From an uncultured Syntrophobacterales bacterium (lineage in GTDB: Bacteria; Desulfobacterota; Binatia; UBA9968; JAJDTQ01), in contig CAZVUC010000092.1 of assembly GCA_964630405.1 (NCBI GenBank), positions 7,174 through 71,173 of the forward strand: a stretch of DNA of 64,000 bases, given 5' to 3'. A program made the position numbers and the translations under genes. Under the pieces are notes generated by a model. The model ran no database searches. It worked only from the letters and a program-made list of their open reading frames with translations, and was not told the DNA's origin. Below are positions 27,093 through 36,212 of this stretch, piece by piece; position 1 is the first letter of the stretch; every line of letters begins with the position of its first letter.

Positions 27093-27524
27093 ATGTCTTA
27101 TTCTGGAGGGTGCGACCACATACACAGTAGCTCGGACAACGATCCGATCGATGTCCACACCTGTCACTGCTCCGTCTGCAAACGCGTTACGGGACAAGCC
27201 ACGACCCATGTCGCGTTTTTCAATCACGGTGACATCGTCGTCGACAACCCCGGCGGCCTGAACCGCCAGCCGTTCAACGATCAGAACCCGGATGGTCCCC
27301 TGGAGCTCTGCACCTGCGCGGACTGCGGCACGCCCATCATGCTCGACGACAAGATGGGGCGCATTCGCGCCATCGCGCCGAACCTGATGGGCTTTGACCC
27401 GGACAGCATGCCGGCGACCTATCATGCCTTCTACGATCCGGCCACCGGCGTCCCGAGGCCGGACGACGGCCGCCCGGTCTATGAAGGGCTTCGCCCCGAC
27501 TTCGTCTGGCCTGAGGGATCCTGA
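27093..27524 (+). CDS. GFA (glutathione-dependent formaldehyde-activating / CENP-V) family protein
   Basis: 'CHCSVCKR' and 'CTCADCG' zinc-binding Cys motifs. AAGGAGGAGG Shine-Dalgarno before the ATG. Confidence 0.65.
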   Translation: MSYSGGCDHIHSSSDNDPIDVHTCHCSVCKRVTGQATTHVAFFNHGDIVVDNPGGLNRQPFNDQNPDGPLELCTCADCGTPIMLDDKMGRIRAIAPNLMGFDPDSMPATYHAFYDPATGVPRPDDGRPVYEGLRPDFVWPEGS

Positions 27525-27558
27525 GAAGAGGGGTCCCTTTCCACGACACCACAAACAA

Positions 27559-27592
27559 CAAGACCCCGAAGGGTTCTCCCCTCGGGGTCTTG
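27559..27592 (+). terminator. GC-rich stem-loop downstream of the GFA gene (possible intrinsic terminator, weak U-tract)
   Basis: CAAGACCCCGAAGG ... CCTCGGGGTCTTG inverted repeat with about a 13-bp stem. Confidence 0.35.
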
Positions 27593-27626
27593 TGTCAACT
27601 GGTGTCTGGATCGGCGCCCGGAGATA

Positions 27627-27640
27627 TGGCTCCCGGGGAG
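27627..27640. repeat. attR-like 14-bp direct repeat of the tRNA-Asn 3' end (TGGCTCCCGGGGAG)
   Basis: Identical 14-mer at 37821-37834 inside the tRNA-Asn gene. The integrase gene lies immediately inside. Confidence 0.55.
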
Positions 27641-27723
27641 TGCGCCGTCCCCGGTCCTCACCCAGTCTCAACCAGCCTCATAAGCATCCGATACTACTTA
27701 CTTTTCTTTCCGTCCCTTGTCTC

Positions 27724-27752
27724 TTGACGTCTCGCGAAGTTTCCTTTATTAT
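27724..27752 (+). promoter_or_regulatory. sigma70-like promoter for the integrase (TTGACG-N17-TATTAT), followed by operator-like repeats
   Basis: Consensus-like hexamers at 17-bp spacing in a locally AT-rich stretch. TTATCAC/GTGATAA inverted repeat at 27749-27769 and a second GTGATAAC at 27789-27796. Confidence 0.4.
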
Positions 27753-27814
27753 CACCAAAAAAGTGATAACCGAAGCAATATTCGGTTGGTGATAACTGGA
27801 AGGGAGACGAACCC

Positions 27815-28981
27815 GTGAAACGTCCCAAGGTGCTTTCCGCCGCCTTCGTGAGGTCCGTGACTCGCAGTGGCCGCTACGGCGATGGTGCAGGCGGTTTCGG
27901 CCTGTCACTGCTAGTGAAGCCGATGGCCAACGGGCGGCTGTCGAAGACATGGTCACAAAGGTTACGGATCAACGGCCGCCCTGTCAACGTCGGGTTGGGC
28001 AGCTACCCGGTGACGACCCTGGCCGAAGCCCGCAGCAAGGCGCTGGCGAACCGCCGGGCCGTGGAACAAGGGCGCCACCCTCGCGGCGGTGGCGTCCCAA
28101 CGTTCGAGGCGGCAACCGAAACGGTGATCGCCTTGCACGGTCCCTCCTGGAAATCGGGGTCCAAGACCGAAGCGCAATGGCGTAGCACGTTCGCGGAGTA
28201 CGTCTTCCCGCGAATCGGGCGCAAGCGCGTTGACGAAGTAACCGCCGCGGACGTGCTCTTGTTCCTAACCCCGCTGGCACTGGAGAAGCCGGAGACCGCA
28301 CGGAAGCTGCGTGCGCGCCTTGGTCTCGTGTTCAAATGGGCCATGGGCCAAGGTTTGCGAGGTGACAATCCGGCTGGCGAGAGTATCACGGGGGCGTTGC
28401 CACGGAACGGCTCCCGTGCAGTGCATCACCGGGCATTGCCGCATGAGCAGGTAGGTGACGCCATCCGCAAGGTGCGCGCCAGTGACGCCTACAAGGCCAC
28501 GGTGCTGTGTTTCGAGTTCTTGACTTTGACGGCGACCCGATCCGCAGAGGCGAGACTTGCTGCCTGGGACGAAGTCGACCGCGACAACCTCGTCTGGACC
28601 GTGCCACCGCCCAGGATGAAGAGTGGAAAGCCGCACGCGGTTCCTCTGACCAGCGCGACGTTGCGGGTGTTGGACGAAGCCGCCGAACTATCGGACGGGA
28701 GCGGGCTCGTCTTCCCAAGCGTAACGGGCAAGCCGTTGTCGGATTCCACGATCAGCAAACTCTGCCGGGAGAACGCCATCGGATGTGTTCCGCACGGGAT
28801 GCGTAGCTCTTTCCGTTCCTGGGCGGCGGACACCGGCCAGCCAGCGGAGGTCGCCGAAGAATGTCTCGCGCATGTCAACCCTAACAAGGTCGAATCAGCT
28901 TACCAGCGGAGCACGATGCTTGAGCGCCGGTCCGAATTGATGGCGGCGTGGGCGACGTACATTGAGGAGGACTGCCGATGA
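27815..28981 (+). CDS. int: tyrosine-type site-specific integrase (P4-like)
   Basis: Catalytic residues in context: 'LTATRSAEARLAAW' (Arg), 'HGMRSSFRSW' (HxxR), 'ESAYQRS' (Tyr). GTG start. Confidence 0.8.
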   Translation: MKRPKVLSAAFVRSVTRSGRYGDGAGGFGLSLLVKPMANGRLSKTWSQRLRINGRPVNVGLGSYPVTTLAEARSKALANRRAVEQGRHPRGGGVPTFEAATETVIALHGPSWKSGSKTEAQWRSTFAEYVFPRIGRKRVDEVTAADVLLFLTPLALEKPETARKLRARLGLVFKWAMGQGLRGDNPAGESITGALPRNGSRAVHHRALPHEQVGDAIRKVRASDAYKATVLCFEFLTLTATRSAEARLAAWDEVDRDNLVWTVPPPRMKSGKPHAVPLTSATLRVLDEAAELSDGSGLVFPSVTGKPLSDSTISKLCRENAIGCVPHGMRSSFRSWAADTGQPAEVAEECLAHVNPNKVESAYQRSTMLERRSELMAAWATYIEEDCR

Positions 28982-29529
28982 GAAAACCGCCTCTCTGGAC
29001 GTACGAAGGGAACGAAGCCGCGATATCCGCGTGGCTCGACGGTTTGTTGAACCGTGACTACTCGCCTGGCGGCCTACTGACCACATCGTGGCTCTACGGC
29101 GAGGCGATGCCCGATTCCACCTGGACACGAGACAAGGAGCTCCGGGAATGGATTGACGCGTCGGAAGACCACTTCCGGGCTTGGGACGGCTTACAGCACC
29201 TCCTGCGAACGCTGAGGCGAAACGAGCAACCCATAACCTTGCCCTTACTGCTTTGGGCACTGGACGTAGCCGACGGTACGAGAGAACCGCCAAAGAGGCC
29301 GCGCGGCCGTGACGCCAAAGAGAACCACTACCGAGACCTTGCCATCGTGATGGCGATCCATGCCTTGAACGCAGGCGATCTTCCTGAGTTCTCGAACACG
29401 GGGGAGTCCGTCATCGGGCTCGTGGCGAAGAAGGTAGGGCTGTCATATGAAGCGGTCCGCACCATTTGGCTCGAAAGAAGGGAATCCTACCTCCAAGACT
29501 ACCTCCTCCGCTGGGATCGCGGATTCTGA
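28978..29529 (+). CDS. hypothetical protein (integrase-proximal accessory gene)
   Basis: 183-aa ORF overlapping the int stop by 4 nt. No recognisable motif. Confidence 0.4.
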   Translation: MRKPPLWTYEGNEAAISAWLDGLLNRDYSPGGLLTTSWLYGEAMPDSTWTRDKELREWIDASEDHFRAWDGLQHLLRTLRRNEQPITLPLLLWALDVADGTREPPKRPRGRDAKENHYRDLAIVMAIHALNAGDLPEFSNTGESVIGLVAKKVGLSYEAVRTIWLERRESYLQDYLLRWDRGF

Positions 29530-29616
29530 GCAACTTCCCGTGGGTAAGGAAATCGGATTTGTTCATCACGACAGCGGTGGGCGCAGTGGGTATCTTGGGG
29601 GCGAAAGGAGGCTCCC

Positions 29617-29814
29617 TTGGAACAGCAAATACTGCGGTGCCGCGAAGTTCAACGAGTCACCGGTTTATCAAAACCTACCTTGTATCGCATGATCGCCAGC
29701 GGCGCCTTCCCACGCCCGGTCAAGCTCGGTGTGAGAAGTGTCGGCTGGCGCGCTTCCGAGATTGAACGCTGGATCGAAGGGCGGCCGGAGACCACCGGCC
29801 AAGCCGAGGCTTGA
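29617..29814 (+). CDS. alpA: AlpA-family transcriptional regulator / excisionase-like HTH protein
   Basis: 'REVQRVTGLSKPTLYRMIASGAFPRPVKLG' AlpA signature. TTG start with AAAGGAGG Shine-Dalgarno. Confidence 0.65.
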   Translation: MEQQILRCREVQRVTGLSKPTLYRMIASGAFPRPVKLGVRSVGWRASEIERWIEGRPETTGQAEA

Positions 29815-31052
29815 TGGACGGCAACGGTCACATCGCCGGTAACGTCGACCTCACGGACCTCGTCGCCGAGCACGGCGGCTACGCGGACCTCGAGGCCCGC
29901 CGCACCGCCGAGTTCATCGAGATCGTCGAGGAGTTCGGCGGTTGGCGAGACAAGGCCGAACGCCTCGCCCATGAAGCCGGAGTCACACGCGACGAGGTCT
30001 TCCGTGCCTTCGATGCCGCGGCCACGCTTGCCCGGCACAACGAACCCGACCAGGCCGTCCGGCGCTTCCGCGAAATCCTCGACCCCCGATTCGGTTTTCT
30101 TTCCCCTTCCCCTATAGGGAAAAACCAGAAAACAGAAACCGGTTGGCAGTTCGAGAGCATCGGCGATCTGCTGAACGCCCCGGAAGAAGATGTCGACTTC
30201 CTGGTGGACGGGCTTCTACCCACTGGTGGCCTGTCTCTCCTCGTGGCTCCGCCGAAGGCCGGGAAAAGCACACTCGCCCGCTGTCTGGCCATCGCCGTCG
30301 CTCGCGGCGTCTCCTGGCTCGGGCGAGAAACCCAGCAGGGTGCCGTCCTATGCGTCTTCCTGGAAGAGAAGCAAGCGGAAGTCGCTCGTCACTTCAAGAA
30401 ACTCGGGGCGCGGGAAGACGACGCCATCGACCTCGCCTACCGGCGCCCACTGAAGGACGCGATAGCTCAACTCGGGGCGGAGATCGAGAAGACCAAGCCC
30501 ACCCTGCTCATCATCGACCCGCTGTTCAAGTTCGTTCGTGTGCCCGATGGTAACGACTACGCACAAGTCACCAACGCGCTGGAGCCCGTGCTCGCCCTGG
30601 CGCGGAATTCCGGCGTGCACGTCCTGGCAGTCCACCACGCCCGCAAGAGCGGCGGCTCCCTCGGTGAGGAGACCCTCGGTTCCACCGCCGTTTTTGGGGC
30701 GGTGGACGCCGCGGTCTTCATGAAGCGGGACGAGTCGAGCCGGTCGGTCTACTCGGTCAACAGATACGGCGAGGACCTGGAAGAGAGCATCCTCACGATG
30801 GACGATTGCGGCTGGGTGGACATCGTCGGCAGCAAGGCGGAGATCAACCGCAAGGCCGCAGCCGATGAGATCGTCACCTACTTGGCGGGGCGGACCGAGC
30901 CAGTCCAGCAGAAGGACATCATCGACAGCATCACTGGCACGAAGAAAACCGTCATCGCTGCCCTGAAGGGGCTGGTGGACAACAAGCGGATTGAGCGGAT
31001 TGGAGCGGGTCGGAGGGGTGACCCGTTTCGGTTTTCTGGTCTTGGGGTATAG
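29811..31052 (+). CDS. AAA_25/RepA-like P-loop ATPase (putative replication initiator/helicase loader of the element)
   Basis: Walker A 'VAPPKAGKST', Walker B 'LLIIDP', 'AVHHARK'. Overlaps the alpA stop (ATGA). Confidence 0.6.
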   Translation: MMDGNGHIAGNVDLTDLVAEHGGYADLEARRTAEFIEIVEEFGGWRDKAERLAHEAGVTRDEVFRAFDAAATLARHNEPDQAVRRFREILDPRFGFLSPSPIGKNQKTETGWQFESIGDLLNAPEEDVDFLVDGLLPTGGLSLLVAPPKAGKSTLARCLAIAVARGVSWLGRETQQGAVLCVFLEEKQAEVARHFKKLGAREDDAIDLAYRRPLKDAIAQLGAEIEKTKPTLLIIDPLFKFVRVPDGNDYAQVTNALEPVLALARNSGVHVLAVHHARKSGGSLGEETLGSTAVFGAVDAAVFMKRDESSRSVYSVNRYGEDLEESILTMDDCGWVDIVGSKAEINRKAAADEIVTYLAGRTEPVQQKDIIDSITGTKKTVIAALKGLVDNKRIERIGAGRRGDPFRFSGLGV

Positions 31053-31072
31053 GGGAAGGAAACTGAAACCGA

Positions 31073-31261
31073 ATGAGCCTTCGCCGATTCAAGGCCCGGA
31101 GCCGAAGCCAGCCGGGCCTCAAGCATGAGCTGGTAGTGTCGCCGGACGGCCGGGTGCTAAGCTGCTCGTGTCCAGGATTCGGATACCGGGGACAGTGCTA
31201 CCACGCGGCGCGGTTGATGCGGTTCCTGGAAGAATTTACCGAAAGGGGAGGGACGCCATGA
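31073..31261 (+). CDS. small SWIM-type zinc-finger protein
   Basis: 'SCSCPGFGYRGQCYHAARL' CxC...CxH pattern. Confidence 0.35.
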   Translation: MSLRRFKARSRSQPGLKHELVVSPDGRVLSCSCPGFGYRGQCYHAARLMRFLEEFTERGGTP

Positions 31262-31503
31262 GCAAGGACAAGGAGAGGGAGTTCGAGGCGTACTTGGGGA
31301 AGGTCGTGGCAGCGGTGGCGCTGAGCATCCTTCAGGATGATGATGCAGTCGGTGAAGAGCGGATGCGTGAGGTCCTGGCCGAGGCTATGGGCGTCATAGT
31401 CAAGGCCGAGCACGGGGACGAGGAGGCCATTGACCGGATCAAGCACGCCGGCGAGGGCTTCAATGCCATCATCCAAGCGCTCGGCAGGCAGTTGGTGAAC
31501 TGA
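31258..31503 (+). CDS. hypothetical small acidic protein
   Basis: Internal ATG (MSKDKEREFE) overlapping the previous stop as ATGA. Confidence 0.35.
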   Translation: MSKDKEREFEAYLGKVVAAVALSILQDDDAVGEERMREVLAEAMGVIVKAEHGDEEAIDRIKHAGEGFNAIIQALGRQLVN

Positions 31504-31505
31504 CC

Positions 31506-31772
31506 ATGGAACAGAGGCACATGAGGGTCAAGGTGGTCTCAGAGGTGAGACAGTTGAAGCAGGATCGCCCTGGCGGCTGGATGATGTCCTATGCGGCCGA
31601 CGTTGAAACCGAAGACGGCACACGATTGACGATCTATTCGCACGGCGCTGTGGCGACCAAGATGAACCAGCACGTTAACGGCGACTTCATCGACATCCAG
31701 GTCCAGGTGGTGAAGCGAGATGACGGCAGCAGGCACCTGATCGCGAAGACCATCGAGGGCGTGGGCATCTGA
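31506..31772 (+). CDS. hypothetical protein (candidate small terminase/packaging specificity factor)
   Basis: 88-aa ORF immediately upstream of TerL. No motif recognised. Confidence 0.35.
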   Translation: MEQRHMRVKVVSEVRQLKQDRPGGWMMSYAADVETEDGTRLTIYSHGAVATKMNQHVNGDFIDIQVQVVKRDDGSRHLIAKTIEGVGI

Positions 31773-31842
31773 CCCCCTCGGGGAGCCCTGAGACTGTTGC
31801 GTCGGGAGGGGCGTTACAACGCGGGGTGGAGACACGAAATCC

Positions 31843-33342
31843 ATGAAGGCGCTTGTTGACTACCTGGACACCCTGACGGTGACGCAGGGTGAGGGCGCCG
31901 GCGGACCCTTCCCGGTGCTGCCCTGGCAACGGCGGTTTGTGCGAGGCGCGTTCGGCGTCCGCGGCAATTCCGCCTTGAGCGTCGCCCGAGGCAACGGAAA
32001 GACAACGTTGGTGGCCGGGATCGGGGCGGCGGCGCTGGAAGGGCCGTTGCGCGTTGCCCGTGGTGAGGTGGTGATCGTCGCCAGTTCGTTTGAGCAAGCC
32101 AGGGTTGCTTTCGAGCACACCTACGCGTTCATGCAGGCCAAAGGCCACGACCTGGACAACCGCAAGCGTTGGCGGGTGTGGGACACGGCGCAACAGGCGC
32201 GAATCGAGTGCAGGGAGACAGGGGCGCGGGTGCGCTGCATCGGCTCCGATCCCAAGCGGGCTCATGGGTTGGCACCCCTGATCGTGCTTGCAGACGAACC
32301 GGCGCAGTGGGGAGCCCAAGGCGACGCCATGCGGGCGGCGCTTCGCACGAGCATGGGGAAGGTGAAGGGCTCGCGGCTCATTGCCCTGGGGACCCGGCCG
32401 AAGTCGAGCCTTCACTGGTTCGCGCGGATGCTGGAGGGGAGCGGCGCGGCCTACGCGCAGTCGCACGCCGCGCGGCCGGATGACCGGCGGTTCACCATGC
32501 AGACCTGGCGGAAGGCGAACCCTTCCCTTCCGTACATGCCGGAGCTGCTGGCGACGATCCGCGAGGAAGCCGACGAAGCGAAGCGGGACCCGGCGTTGCT
32601 GGCGTCGTTCGAAGCGTTGCGGCTGAACCTGGGAACGAGCGACACACAGGAAACCACGCTCCTGGATGCTGGCACCTGGGAGCGTATCGAGGGCGATGCG
32701 GAAGCGGCCGGAGAGTATATCCTAGGCGTGGACCTGGGGAGCGGCGCGGCCATGTCGGCGGTGGCGGCCTACTGGCCAGGGAGCGGGCGGCTGGACGTGC
32801 GGGCGGCCTTTCCGGCGCACCCTGAGCTTGGGGAACGTGGGCTCCAGGATGGCGTCGGGCGCCTGTACCTGGATATGCACCGGCGCGGCGAGCTTGTCAC
32901 CTTGGGCGAGCACGTCTCCGACGTCGGCGGGCTCTTGCGGCTGGCGTTCAACACCTGGGGCCGGCCGGGCGCCGTGGTGTGCGACCGATGGCGCGAAGCG
33001 GAGCTGCGGGAAGCTCTGTCCGCGGTGAGCTTTCCCATGACGGCGCTCGTGCTCCGGGGCATGGGGTTTCAGGACGGCGGCGAGGACGTGCGGCGGTTCC
33101 GCAAGGCGGCCCTGGCCGGGGAGGTCCGGCCGCTCGTGTCCTTGCTCATGCGTTCCGCCATGAGTGAAGCCCGCTGCATCATGGACCCGGCCGGCAACTC
33201 GAAACTGTGCAAGGGCACCGAGGGCGGCCGGCGTCTCCGGGCTCGGGATGATGCGGTGGCGGCCGCGATCCTGGCCGTGGCCGAAGGGTCAAGGCGCGGC
33301 GCAAAGCCGAGGGCTGCCGGGCTCTACCTGGGGATTGCATGA
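31843..33342 (+). CDS. terL: phage terminase large subunit
   Basis: Walker A 'RGNGKTTL', Walker B 'IVLADEP'. Nuclease-domain acidic residues in the C-terminal half. Confidence 0.7.
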   Translation: MKALVDYLDTLTVTQGEGAGGPFPVLPWQRRFVRGAFGVRGNSALSVARGNGKTTLVAGIGAAALEGPLRVARGEVVIVASSFEQARVAFEHTYAFMQAKGHDLDNRKRWRVWDTAQQARIECRETGARVRCIGSDPKRAHGLAPLIVLADEPAQWGAQGDAMRAALRTSMGKVKGSRLIALGTRPKSSLHWFARMLEGSGAAYAQSHAARPDDRRFTMQTWRKANPSLPYMPELLATIREEADEAKRDPALLASFEALRLNLGTSDTQETTLLDAGTWERIEGDAEAAGEYILGVDLGSGAAMSAVAAYWPGSGRLDVRAAFPAHPELGERGLQDGVGRLYLDMHRRGELVTLGEHVSDVGGLLRLAFNTWGRPGAVVCDRWREAELREALSAVSFPMTALVLRGMGFQDGGEDVRRFRKAALAGEVRPLVSLLMRSAMSEARCIMDPAGNSKLCKGTEGGRRLRARDDAVAAAILAVAEGSRRGAKPRAAGLYLGIA

Positions 33343-33623
33343 GGCGGCGGAACCATCCGGCGATCCTGGACCCCCGGCGCTGGCGGCGCGTTCGGTTGCG
33401 TGTACTGGACCGCGACGGCTGGCGGTGCCGGACGTGCGGCAAGGCTGGCGGGCTTGAGGTCGACCACATCAAACCCGTTCACCACGGCGGCGACCCTTGG
33501 GCGCTCGCAAACCTGCAAGCTCTGTGTGCGTGGCCGTGTCACGGGGAGAAAACCCGGCGCGAGAACACCCGCGACACGCCGGCCCGGCGGGCCTGGCGCG
33601 CCTTGGTCGCGGACCTGCTCTAA
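33339..33623 (+). CDS. HNH endonuclease (terminase-associated)
   Basis: 'CRTCG...EVDHIKPV..GG....NLQALC..CH'. Overlaps the terL stop. Confidence 0.65.
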   Translation: MRRRNHPAILDPRRWRRVRLRVLDRDGWRCRTCGKAGGLEVDHIKPVHHGGDPWALANLQALCAWPCHGEKTRRENTRDTPARRAWRALVADLL

Positions 33624-33726
33624 AACTCACCCTAAGTTTTCGATTGTTCACTATTGACTTGTCTCTTGTGATAAGGTAAATATATCAAAATATGATAATC
33701 AGTAATTTTTATTTTATGGAGGCACC

Positions 33727-34914
33727 ATGACCGCAAAATCCCGAATCGCCCTGCGCATGAGCCAACGCAGGCAGAGAGTCAACGAGCTGCTCTCCCTGGA
33801 CGAACTGACCGAGGAGCAGCGCTCCGAGCTCGGGACGCTGACCACAGCGCTCCAGAATGACGAAGTCGAGTTGCGGGCGGCCATCGCGGCGGAGCCCGAC
33901 TCCATCATCACAGTGAACGACGACACGGCCGAGGGCCGCGAACTCAGCGAGCTCGTGGGGCGCTGCAACCTGGGCAACATCTACGACGCTGCTCTGGAAC
34001 ACCGCAACGCCACGGGCGCGGAACGCGAGCTCCAGGAGCACTATGGCCTGGCCGGGAACCAGGTACCGCTGGATCTGCTGGAGACCAGGGCCGTGACGCC
34101 GGCGCCGGCGGACGTGGGCCAGAACCAGCAGCCCATCATCCCGGGCGTCTTTCCGATGGCTTGCGCGGCTTTCCTGGGGATCGCCATGCCCCGCGTAGGC
34201 GTCGGCGAGTCCGTGTTCCCGGTGCTGACGCAGAACGCCACCGCGCACACGCCGGCAGAGAATGCGGCTGCGGCGGAGACCACGGGCGCGTTCAGCGCGG
34301 ACGTGCTGTCCCCAGCGCGGCTCCAGGCGTCGTTCTTCTACAGCCGCGAGGACCGGGCCCGGTTCGCCGGCATGGACGCGGCGCTGCGGGAGAACCTGAG
34401 CATGGCCCTGGGTGACAAGCTGGATCAACAGATTCTCGCGGGCTCTCCCAACGGGCTCCTGGCGGGCAACAACCTGACGAAGGTTGCCGCCGGCGCCGTC
34501 ACGGATTTCGCCGGCTACCGTAAGGGCCTCGTGTATGATCGGATCGATGGCACCTATGCCAGCGTCGCCGGTGAGGTCAAGGCGGTCGTGGGTGCCCCGA
34601 CGCTGGCGCACATGAGCTCCACCTACCGGAGCAACAACGCCGACGACAGCGCCCTGGATTCCGTCGTGCGGATTTCCGGCGGCGTGAAGGTGTCGGCTCA
34701 CGTTCCCGCGGTGGCGTCGAACAAGCAGAATACGCTTGTCCGGCGCGGCATGAGGCGCGACGCGGTGGCTCCCGTGTGGGAAGGCGTCACGTTGATCCCC
34801 GACGAGGTGACGAAGGCCGGAACGGGCCAGATCGTCATCACGGCGGTCATGCTCTACGCTTCCAAGGTGCTCCGCGCGGACGGGTTCGCCAAGGTCGAGG
34901 TCCAGCACGCGTGA
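33727..34914 (+). CDS. phage major capsid protein, HK97-like
   Basis: 395 aa. An N-terminal delta-domain-like helical region followed by a Gly/Ala-rich core, as in HK97-fold capsids. Family call by overall resemblance. Confidence 0.6.
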   Translation: MTAKSRIALRMSQRRQRVNELLSLDELTEEQRSELGTLTTALQNDEVELRAAIAAEPDSIITVNDDTAEGRELSELVGRCNLGNIYDAALEHRNATGAERELQEHYGLAGNQVPLDLLETRAVTPAPADVGQNQQPIIPGVFPMACAAFLGIAMPRVGVGESVFPVLTQNATAHTPAENAAAAETTGAFSADVLSPARLQASFFYSREDRARFAGMDAALRENLSMALGDKLDQQILAGSPNGLLAGNNLTKVAAGAVTDFAGYRKGLVYDRIDGTYASVAGEVKAVVGAPTLAHMSSTYRSNNADDSALDSVVRISGGVKVSAHVPAVASNKQNTLVRRGMRRDAVAPVWEGVTLIPDEVTKAGTGQIVITAVMLYASKVLRADGFAKVEVQHA

Positions 34915-35010
34915 TTCAGGCTTTGCCGGGGTTCTATGTGAGGGTGCCCCGGCATTTGGGGGCGGTTCCTGGCACTCGCCGCCCCCTCCCTCCCAAAAGA
35001 GACATCGACA

Positions 35011-35577
35011 ATGGAAACGCGCTTGATCTTTCCCCTGGAGCTTCGGCGAAAGGGCAGGACGCTCACGGGGCGGTTCCCGTACCGGTCCATGGCGACGATA
35101 TCCGACCGGGGCAGGACCCGGAAGGAAACCTTCTCGCCGCGGGCGTTCTCCTACGCCGTCGAGGACGAGTCCAGAGAGATCAACATTCTGCTCGGTCATT
35201 CCTTCGACCGCCCCATCGGTTCCAAGCGGGCGGGCTCCGCCACGTTCGAGGACACCGACGAGGCGCTCATCTTCACCGTCAACCTGCCCGACCCCGAAGC
35301 GCAACCCACCTACCTGCGCGACTTCCTGGCGGCCTTCGCCGGCGGCATGGTGCAGCCGGGCGTGTCGCCGGGATTTCGCGTCCCGCCGACGTCTACCGTT
35401 CCCGGTGCTGAAACCCTCGAACCCGAGGTCGGCAATCCGGACGTCATGGTGCGCACCATCAACGCCGCGGTTCTCTATGAGGCCAGCATCGTGTCCAGGG
35501 CCGCCTACGGCGAAACAACCGTGGACGTGAGGAAATGGATGCCAGCCCCAGCGCCGAGGATTCGCCGGTGGCTGTAA
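35011..35577 (+). CDS. HK97-family prohead protease
   Basis: 'ILLGHSFDRPIGS' region. Size and position match prohead proteases. Confidence 0.55.
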   Translation: METRLIFPLELRRKGRTLTGRFPYRSMATISDRGRTRKETFSPRAFSYAVEDESREINILLGHSFDRPIGSKRAGSATFEDTDEALIFTVNLPDPEAQPTYLRDFLAAFAGGMVQPGVSPGFRVPPTSTVPGAETLEPEVGNPDVMVRTINAAVLYEASIVSRAAYGETTVDVRKWMPAPAPRIRRWL

Positions 35578-35861
35578 CCCTCACCGCCGCGCAACTCGCC
35601 GGGGCGCTCCGCCTTGGCGACAGCGCCGAGGAGACCGCCGAGGTCGAGCGGCTGCTGACCTACGCCACCGAGGCCGTCACCAAGCACGCGCTGGACGCGC
35701 CCGAAGCGACGGCAAACGAGGCGGTGGTGCGCTTGGCTGCGTACCTGTTCGACATGCCCAACGCCGGCAGGGGTGACGGCTACGCCAACGCCATGAGGAA
35801 CAGCGGTGCCGGGCGGATTCTCCTGCCCTACGTCGTCCACCGTGCGGGAGACACGGCCTGA
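35535..35861 (+). CDS. phage head-tail connector (gp6-like) protein
   Basis: 'LTAAQLAGALRLGDSAEETAEVERLLTYATEAV' is the typical gp6/DNA-packaging N-terminus. Confidence 0.5.
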   Translation: MDASPSAEDSPVAVTLTAAQLAGALRLGDSAEETAEVERLLTYATEAVTKHALDAPEATANEAVVRLAAYLFDMPNAGRGDGYANAMRNSGAGRILLPYVVHRAGDTA

Positions 35862-36202
35862 TGCCCATGGACCGACGCATAGCGGTCTCCTTCACAACCA
35901 CCACGTACCAGCGCGGCCAGGCGGTGCCGACGACTACGACGCGGCAGGTATGGGCGACGAAGTTGCAGGATGCCGTGGCGCGGGTGCCGGACGCCAGCGG
36001 CACGAGGTCGGATGCATCACGGGCATACCGCATCCGCTACTGGAAGGACTTGGTGACGGCCATCGAGGCCGGGGAGACCGTCACGGTGCTGGACCCGGAC
36101 GTGAGCACTGAAGCTCTTGTCGTGGGCAGTATCGGCGAACCGGAGGGAACGCGGCGCCAGCCAGGCCCACGTCGGCGATTCCTGGACCTGCTGATTCGTT
36201 GA
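35861..36202 (+). CDS. phage head-closure / head-tail joining protein
   Basis: 113 aa, position after the connector. Start overlaps the previous stop. Confidence 0.4.
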   Translation: MPMDRRIAVSFTTTTYQRGQAVPTTTTRQVWATKLQDAVARVPDASGTRSDASRAYRIRYWKDLVTAIEAGETVTVLDPDVSTEALVVGSIGEPEGTRRQPGPRRRFLDLLIR

Positions 36203-36212
36203 GGGGAAGTTC

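Noticed and set aside
26979-27671. 230-aa minus-strand ORF
   Set aside because: Antisense to the GFA-family gene, which has diagnostic Cys motifs and a strong Shine-Dalgarno.
29811-31052. Primase-polymerase fusion call for the satellite replication gene
   Set aside because: Only a P-loop ATPase (AAA_25/RepA-like) domain is recognisable. No primase motifs seen, so it is called an ATPase only.
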